From Utricularia gibba (taxonomy: Eukaryota; Plantae; Magnoliophyta): 64,000 nt of DNA. The translations under genes were made by a program, and so were the position numbers. Below are positions 56,310 to 64,000 of this stretch, piece after piece (the first letter of the stretch is position 1; each line of letters opens with the position of its first letter). The DNA is taken from NCBI GenBank assembly GCA_002189035.1, contig NEEC01000013.1, positions 2,418,001 through 2,482,000 of the forward strand, given 5' to 3'. A model generated the notes under the pieces. That model was given only the letters and a program-made list of their open reading frames with translations. It made no database searches and was not told where the DNA came from.

Positions 56310-58942
56310 TCAACCGAAAAGCTTAAGTCTAGTGGTAATTGGCTGCCTGCACAGGGGACATGAAGACACGGATGCTCCACATTCTCTGCATGTCTGCAAT
56401 GCCAAAAGGTAAGAGTAAGAATAGGGACTAGTCAAAGAAACGCCTTTCTTGTTGAGAGGTGTGTTCAAAGGAGGGAATCTAATTTACAACATGGATACAG
56501 GATGTCACCACAAATATAAAGGAAAAATCACCTCCTCTCTAAAAGGTTTGGTTAGTTGAACAGAACTTTTGTAGGATGCTCATCTTGAAAACGATGTGGA
56601 TACACTTTTTGGCTGAGGACTAAGGGGTATACCCAGACCAAAGTGGTGGAAACAGGCCAGCGGTAACAAGTTTAAGGTCCATCTAAGAGGTTTCGTTATC
56701 TAATTTACAAGTCATCCTGATATAGAGTGCAGTATGTTATGCTGAAGCATAGAGTGATGCATACCAGATGCCCACAGCCAAAAGCCAGATCCTTTTGATT
56801 TGTCAGGCAAATTGGGCAAACCTTGAAAAAAAGGAAATTTATTTTAGAGTGCATGTCTCACTTGTCCTCTAAAATATGGGACATACTTGAGAAGATGAGC
56901 CTTCTGGTTCAACAGGTTTTGAGCTTGGGACTGGCCTCTTCGCATTATCGTGACCAATCACTTCCTGAGGAGGAGGGAGAGGTGGTTTTCTAGAACCTGA
57001 GGTATGATTTCTGTATAGGACACAAATATAGGGTGATTGCATCATGTATGATCCAAGTACAAAAAGTTGATCATTATTTATATGGATCACAAGAACCACC
57101 AGCTTTCATGGTTCTAGGTTTCCCAGTGTTATAAAACCATCAATACCCTTTCAATTCTAGGCTCAGTGTTGCTTTATACTGCAGCGGAATCTCCATGAGA
57201 GCAGCTAAAGCAAAATCTGATTCCTTTTTAGCTGCATCTGTGTCCCCATTCATGATTTTGGTGAAGTTAACAAACTAGAAAACATTTTCAAGGAGCAAGA
57301 TGAGACAAGATAAACCTACCTTCGCAGATTCAAAACAACAGTTTCCAGCCATAAATTACCTGGAAATTGTCAAAGGCTCGTTGTGGAATGGCATCATCGA
57401 ATTCTCGCATTGCATCCCAGGGTCCATCTCCGACACCAACCAGAATGATGGACAGCGGATATTCACTGCTTAGAAATCAGAATGATGCAGCCATGACCAG
57501 TCTGCAAACCTCATAAAGATCCCATCAAAATCTTACCTTGCTGCAACTATAGAATTTATGGTTTCCCTTTCCTGAGTGCTCAGCCTTCCAGGAATTTTTT
57601 CAGGATTTCCAGTCACCTGAATTTGCATTTGAGTAACGAATACTGAATCGCATCATGCCCCCGAGACAGTGTAATAGCAAAAGCAAATACCTGCCCATCT
57701 GCTATAATAACAAGAACATGATACTGGAAATTGCTCTTCACCACGATATCAACAGCGGCATTGATCACTGGAGCATATGAGGTGGGTCCTATAAGCCACA
57801 GGATATAAGCAACATTAATACTGTTTCATTACCAACTGCAGGCCACATATTTCATCTCAGGCTCAACGAATACAATGTTCTGTGCAGTTAAAGAAAGAGT
57901 GACTATCATTCTTGATGATGAGCAATAAAACTATTGACTTCGATACCTAAAAAATTCCCCCCATGACGAATTTAAGCACACCAGTATTCAAATTGTAAGT
58001 AGGATGCGTGCATTTCCATAGAGCATCATGAAATAAGCATGAAAAAGGGGTTGAGCTTATGAAAAATTACCTGATAATTTCAAATACGGAACAATTTCCT
58101 TATATCTCAAGAGAGCTTCCTCGAATCCATTACATGGTCTATGATCAGGGTAAAAGCTGAACACATACTGATCACGTGTAGTGACTGGAAAGAGAAGAGG
58201 AGATTCTTCTATCCATTAGGTTGAGACAAAATGACATAAACAACAACAAGAAGCCTTAAAATTTAATGCATTGCAGTTTTCATTTTCAAGTGGGAGAACT
58301 GACCATCACCAAATCCGAAACAGGGTATCAAGTTATCATCATCAAAGGGAGAGAGGGTTCTTCCGATGATTGAAATGGCCTGCTCATAAGGATTAGGGGT
58401 GTTACCGACAGCATGAAGGCTTTTCCTGTGGAAAGAGTACTTCCCTGAAAACATTATAAAAGTAAAAAATTTCCACTCTGATGATATGAAACTAGCAATA
58501 AACATTCGTTTGTGCCCCAAATGGATCAACCTTTCCATTCATTACTCAGGGTGAAATCGATTCCAAGAATTAAATTTGATGATTCCAGACCAGCTTCCCT
58601 TAATGCATTGATAACCTGAAAAAACAAAACCCAAAACATACCGTGGTTCATAACTTATCATTATTTCTGGAAATGCCAAAGCAAACATGGTACCTCATCC
58701 AGAGTGTGAAAGTTATCTGATATGTGTGCTGAATGTGTTTTCATCCGGAAATTACTGTTCTCGGAAGTTTCTGCATGTTCTTGATGATGATGATGATGAT
58801 GGTGATGAATATGGCTTGTCAAACTTCTAACGTTTTCAGGAGAAGACGCATGATGCCTAGAATCAGAGTAGTCCCTGGAAACACGTGGCTGATGGCTAAA
58901 ATACGCATCCGTTTCATCCGGTGAAGATTCATTGTTTCCCAT
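56310..58942 (-). CDS. RGLG: RGLG-type E3 ubiquitin ligase (copine/vWA + C-terminal RING), 11 coding exons, intact
   Basis: Exons 58942-58694, 58615-58531, 58444-58304, 58184-58071, 57788-57691, 57616-57537, 57465-57360, 57274-57147, 57010-56887, 56821-56765, 56393-56310. MGNNES myristoylation-type start, LESSNLILGIDFT, VLVIIADGQV, GVGDGPW, FDNFQFVNF, RING CPICL...FGCGHLTCREC...CPLCR. Confidence 0.93.
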
Positions 58943-60788
58943 GAGTTCGGAAGTTTAAATGGAACTGACACGAAACAACTCTGCACAGATGACGTTCCAG
59001 GGAAATGTTTCTTAGCTACAAAGCATTTATCTAGAAAGCTAAAATCATCCTTCTGATTTCATTCTACAAGTCAAATGACTTTCAAACAAGATGGGGAGCT
59101 AGAGATAGAGTAGAAAACATTCAGCACAATCTGAAGACTATGAACCAAGATCAATTCTTTAGCTACAAAACGATGCAACCCAGAAGATACCAAACTTGTG
59201 GGCCAAAGAAAGCAAGGTGCATCAACAAGGGTAGCACAACACTGAATAGAATGTAAAAACCCACAGGCACCAACACACGACCGAACTGCTATCATTCAAG
59301 GAAATTGTAAATGTAAATACAAAACGAGTATATAGGAAGCAAAGGGTGAATTTGAAAAGTAAACAACCTACTCCAGGGGCCAGATAACTTCCGCAGAAAG
59401 TTCGTGCTTATCCTAATGCAGAGAAGCGAATCTCGGACGTGGACTTTTACAGGTGAGAAGTGTCAGCAAAACCCAGCCGCCGGAGAAAGAAGACGATTAC
59501 TTAAATGTACACCTTAAAAAAAAAACTCTAAATGACGCGATATATAATTTATTCTAAAATCAATTAAATACTTTATTGAAGGTGGAACAGTACCAAACAG
59601 ATCTCTTACCGATAAAGATGATTTGATAAAATATAATTATTAGAAAAAATATATTTTATGTTTTATTTTATGAATTTAAAAAATCAGAATTAAAAACTTG
59701 AAAATTGACATGTTTATAATTTGAAAAATAAAATTAAAAGAAGAGGGATAAAATATGAATATTTAAAATAATATAAGAATTTTTTAAATAATATATTAAA
59801 ACGATTTAGAATTCTTTAAAATATATTGGAATGATTTTTTTCAATTTATTTTTTTTTATTTCAATTTTTTCAAATAATTATTCCTTCTTATTAATTTGTT
59901 TAGTTAAATCGATATTAGATGTATATTTTGAGAATTATGTATCATTTGTTTAAAAAGATATAATCATCCTTTTATAAAAACAAATCTCTTAAACATATTT
60001 TCTATTTAACTTTTTATTTATCAATTATTTAAAATATTTTTTATTTAAATACAGCTATTTCCTATTTAATATCCATATTAAAATATTTCTCCATCTTTCA
60101 AGTTTCTTTCATTGGTGATAACTCATTTGGAAAAACAAGGGGAGATTTCTCTGGAAAAGGACCTGATCCCGCATCGGACAAACAAAACCGCGCAAGCAAC
60201 GGACCCTCGTTGATGAATCCTTCACCATCAAGCCTCGGAAGTCGCGTCGTCGTCCCCTACACTGCGTGCGTGGCACTGAAAGCCTCGATGGGAGTTTTTA
60301 TCTTCATTTATCTCTATCAACAAGCTCATAAGAAAGGGTACTAGCCGTATGTAAATACTTGTAGGACTAGAGTTATTTGACCTGCAGTTGCACGTGTAGG
60401 AAATCAGACAGGCGAAGGAATATGTATAATGTTGGTTGCAACCCCTTTTGCAGAGCCAATGTGGTGATTACAGAGGAGGGAGAGTTCAGGATCTGGTGTG
60501 ATTCCATCAAGGGCATGGAACCTCCAGAGTCCAAGTTTTCCAAGTTACAGGGTGGTACAGTGGCATAGTTAGTAATGTTTCCTTTGGGATTCTTGGCTAT
60601 GGGACAACGGTGTAAACTCTTCACTTGACATGGATGGCTACAAGCCATCTATGGAAACTACTTGCTCTCTAAGGGAAAGACTACAGATGCATCCCCAGCA
60701 AACCAGCGAGCATGGAGAATGCAGGTAGAGAGAGAGAGAATAGAGCACAAACCAGATTGGAGGTGTTGGTTCTGGCTGATCCTTCATC

Positions 60789-63700
60789 TCATTCAATGGC
60801 ATATGCTACTGTTTCCACCTCTTTGGGGCGCCACATTGACTTCTGGGCACACAGCAACCCTTCATTGTTCTTTGAGAGCATCGTGCGAATTGTCCATTGC
60901 ATGGACTTGAACATGTTCTCCAGTTCACTGATAGTCTCAGCGGTGTCACGGACGATGATGGTACCTTTAGGCCTCAAGATCCGGTCGACCTCCGCAACAA
61001 GGGCAGTGATATTGCACCTGTGATATGGAGCAGAGAAGAGTTGGAAACACTACTTGCGGTGAATAACGCACTGCTAGAGAGGTACCTCTGCTTGATAAGG
61101 GAGAAGAGATGGTCACTGTGGAGGAGATCGTAGGATCTTGGGTAAGTACTAAATGATTCACACCAGTTGTGGTAAATTCCGAATAAGCCTCGTTCGTATA
61201 TTATGGGTAGTGTGTCAGGAGCATCTACGGATACTACGTTCATGACCCACACATTGAAATCTTTCAGAGCAGCAGCCAATCTGCAAAGCAAATCCAACAA
61301 ACAGAATCAGCAAAGAGAGGGAACAACTTTTTGGGTAGTTCTGAGTATCTCTCTCCATTAGCTTACCCTCCATAGACAGCTCTCATGTCCATCACATTTC
61401 TCACCGTTGACCAGTCTATTCCGAGTCCATTTTTGTATGAATTGTTGACCACTCGCTTCCAGTGTTCATAATCAGTGACAAAATCTTCTGGAGCAGGTTT
61501 TCCATACACTCCAACCTTCGAGCCTGGTAGCCAGTAAGGCGTCTTTTCCACCCTGGCCGGCCACATTTCTGGCCATTTAGATCCACGCTCCGTTTCATCA
61601 GTAGGCACTTTGTGCATGCATGCTTGCAATGGCACATTCCTAGGCACATCAGGTTTTAAAGTCAAATAAAATAAACGGATAAGCATCACAAACACCTTTT
61701 GCTTTTAACATTCCAAGGGAGAAACATATCCTTACCAAGCAGCACTCGCATCATCTGAGTCCTGACAGAGTGGGGGTCATTCATGGATCTTTTTTCATAG
61801 CACTCATTTGAAGTTGGCTTTCGATATATAGCAATTCCTACACCGTTGAGTTTGTCCCTTATTATTGAAACAACCTCCCAGCACATTGCCTTTGCTAATT
61901 TCTTCATGGCTGTCAATTGTTAATGGATTCAAAAGGGTGTTAATTTCTTCATGGCTGAGCTACAGTCAAAACTCCAAAGAAGATACCTTGCCAAATCTCA
62001 ACATCTTCAGGAACCTTCTGATAAATGGGGGTAGCGGACCATACAAAGAAACCACCAGGTCTTAGTAGACGATTCAACTCCAGAAGTAGTTTTCCACCTA
62101 AATCAATACCATTTAGTTAGTTAATCAGCAGCCTCATGCCTTTAAGGTGGGGAGGACAAATCATGAAATAAAAAATTTCACTCATATTTTATATGATGCA
62201 AGATAATATCTTGTTCAAAGATGGGAGAAGAACAAGGCCATGATTCACAGTAACTCCACCATTAATGTGATGTTACCTTCGATATGCCAAGGCACTCTGC
62301 AGCGTGCACAGTGGACCACATCGAACACTCTACCCGGAAAAGGAAGCCTCAGTGTACCCATGACAGCTGATATTGCAGGAATTCCCCTCTCAAGTGCAAA
62401 CTGAACCTGAGCTTCATGCTCGTCTTTTGGAGCTAAAGACATTGTAAGCACATCCCTATCAAATAGGAACCCCCCAAAGCTAGCCACCCCACAACCAACA
62501 TCCAGTACAACTCGGGATCGCTTGCCCCAGGAAATTTCAGATACAGACTACACAAATAGAATTCAACTTTAGTTTCAAAGATTCAAAAACTCGATATAGC
62601 ACATTGTCAAGGAACATTCCATAAAATGGTATCCCTCGGTGAGGAGAATTAGATCTGATCACCATTTTTTAAGCAAGGCATGCATATTTTACCTGTTGTA
62701 TGACATCAATGTAATGCAATGCGCCATGAATAAATTGGGTTCCACCGCCAGGAAAGGTGAGGTGTTCTCCACTAACTTTGAGCCAATTCTGGTGACCCTT
62801 AAATTCAACAAGCTGGGTATGGGGAACATTGCGGTACCATATCTGTGAGCATGAAACAAGTTGATGAACATGAAATTATCAAAGAAAAAAAATGAATTTA
62901 ATACCACATATTCTGGATCCAAGTAGTATACCTTCTCCCTGCTTGTAGGCCATGGTATTGACTGCTGATATCCTTCCGGAAGAGGAACAAGGCAGGTAGG
63001 AGGATTTTCAGGACAATGCCTCTCCCTGTGTTCATAGTGCTTAGTTGATCGAAGCTTTCTGATGGCCTGCACGTTGTCGAGGCATGGAATATAATCTGTT
63101 CCAGCGGTCGTATTGCATAGCCTCCAAGTATAACTGCTTTGCTTTTCAAGCTCAGCTGACTTTTGGGCTTCATTTTCATTTTTTGATTCAGCAGACTGCG
63201 TAGAGAATGATCCATTTTGTGCTTTGGCTTCATCTGCAAGCTCAGAGCCAACCCCAGACGGAAATACTTCAGTCAGATTGTCACTCTTCTGAACCAAACC
63301 TTGATCTAATTCTGCATCTGAAGGAATTACTTCAGTGGAATTGTCACTCTTCGGAACCAAATCTTGATCTGATTTTGAATCTTCACTACTCTCGATTTTC
63401 TTTTCCATTTTCCCCTCCTCCTCACCATCCATATTCTTGTCTTTGCCTTTTCCAGGTTCCGTGGTTTTAGTCTCCACTTGAAATTCCCCATCGCTCGCAT
63501 TTATGTCTGCCGTTTTAGGCTCATCTTTAGCGCTATCCTCCTTATCTTCGTTAATTTTCTGTACATCCTCATGCCCTGATTCCTTCTCCAAAGACATCTC
63601 TTGCGGCCCCTCATTCTTTTCCTCCTGCTTTGGACTTACATTATCATCCTTGTTGGTTATATTTTCTGGCAAATCTCCAGAATTTTCATCAAACTTCTTT

Positions 63701-64000
63701 GCTTCCTCACCATCCAAATTTATACTTTTACTAGCATCATCAGGGGCTCTAGTATTTTCTGTCTCACTGACCTCATTTGCATTATTGTCACCAAAAGTAT
63801 TGGTGTCTTCTACAGTATCTTCGCTGCGACTGGTAGCAGGAATCTTCACATTATCCTTGTTCTCAGCATCCAAATTCTGAACAGGGGTCAAAGGTGACGA
63901 TGCCAACAGCCATACCCCAAGAAGGCAGATGGCTATGAAAATAGTTGCGGTGAGCGTTGAACAATAGCTGGTGGAAGATTTTCGACCATCAACTCTGGAG
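60789..64000 (-). CDS. PMT/DUF248 SAM-dependent (pectin-type) methyltransferase, start codon just beyond window (8 exons; 1-nt frameshift in exon 5)
   Basis: Exons >64000-62932, 62842-62693, 62547-62277, 62097-61987, 61909-61736, 61639-61367, 61280-61086, 61017-60789. SRVDGRKSS + TM anchor, acidic stem, DYIPCLDN, HRERHCP, LDVGCGVASFGG, HCARCRVPW, NVMDMRAVYGG, CESFSTYPRSYDLLH. Confidence 0.93.
63260..63374 (-). repeat. 63-bp imperfect tandem duplication within PMT exon 1
   Basis: Two copies offset by 63 nt encoding DQDLVPKSDNSTEVIPSDAEL and DQGLVQKSDNLTEVFPSG. Confidence 0.85.

Noticed and set aside
59500-60100. Very AT-rich spacers (also ~21050-21400, 23100-23560, 25570-25860, 50800-51120) as MITEs
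   Set aside because: No terminal inverted repeats or target-site duplications found; ordinary intergenic composition.

Overview
Eukaryotic nuclear DNA from a gene-dense flowering plant (eudicot-like), not prokaryotic. I can reconstruct 19 protein-coding genes exon by exon from GT-AG introns and conserved motifs. In order: DHQS, a DUF630/DUF632 protein, a DnaJ+thioredoxin-like protein, RPN10, leaf FNR, a cold-shock/CCHC protein, an intronless plastid glucose transporter (pGlcT), a 5'-short kinectin-like coiled-coil gene, a Pin1-type parvulin, a small coiled-coil gene, a GT-2 trihelix factor, ISY1, carA, UBP26, a HECATE-like bHLH, NdhO, an IQD, a SAUR and an RGLG E3 ligase. A PMT-type methyltransferase that starts just beyond the window end makes 20. 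A degenerate LTR-retrotransposon-like stretch probably occupies the first ~1.9 kb. The most pervasive oddity is 12 apparent single-base losses, in G/C runs of 8 otherwise intact genes (including essential DHQS and carA); this is most likely a sequencing/consensus artefact. The best biological leads are the intact intronless pGlcT (probable retrogene) beside a 5'-truncated gene, a Pin1 with no in-frame ATG (possible AUA start plus NLS-like extension), and a trihelix factor with a decayed first DNA-binding domain. I found no clear evidence of a wholly new biological system. Family assignments are from motif recognition and memory, not database searches.
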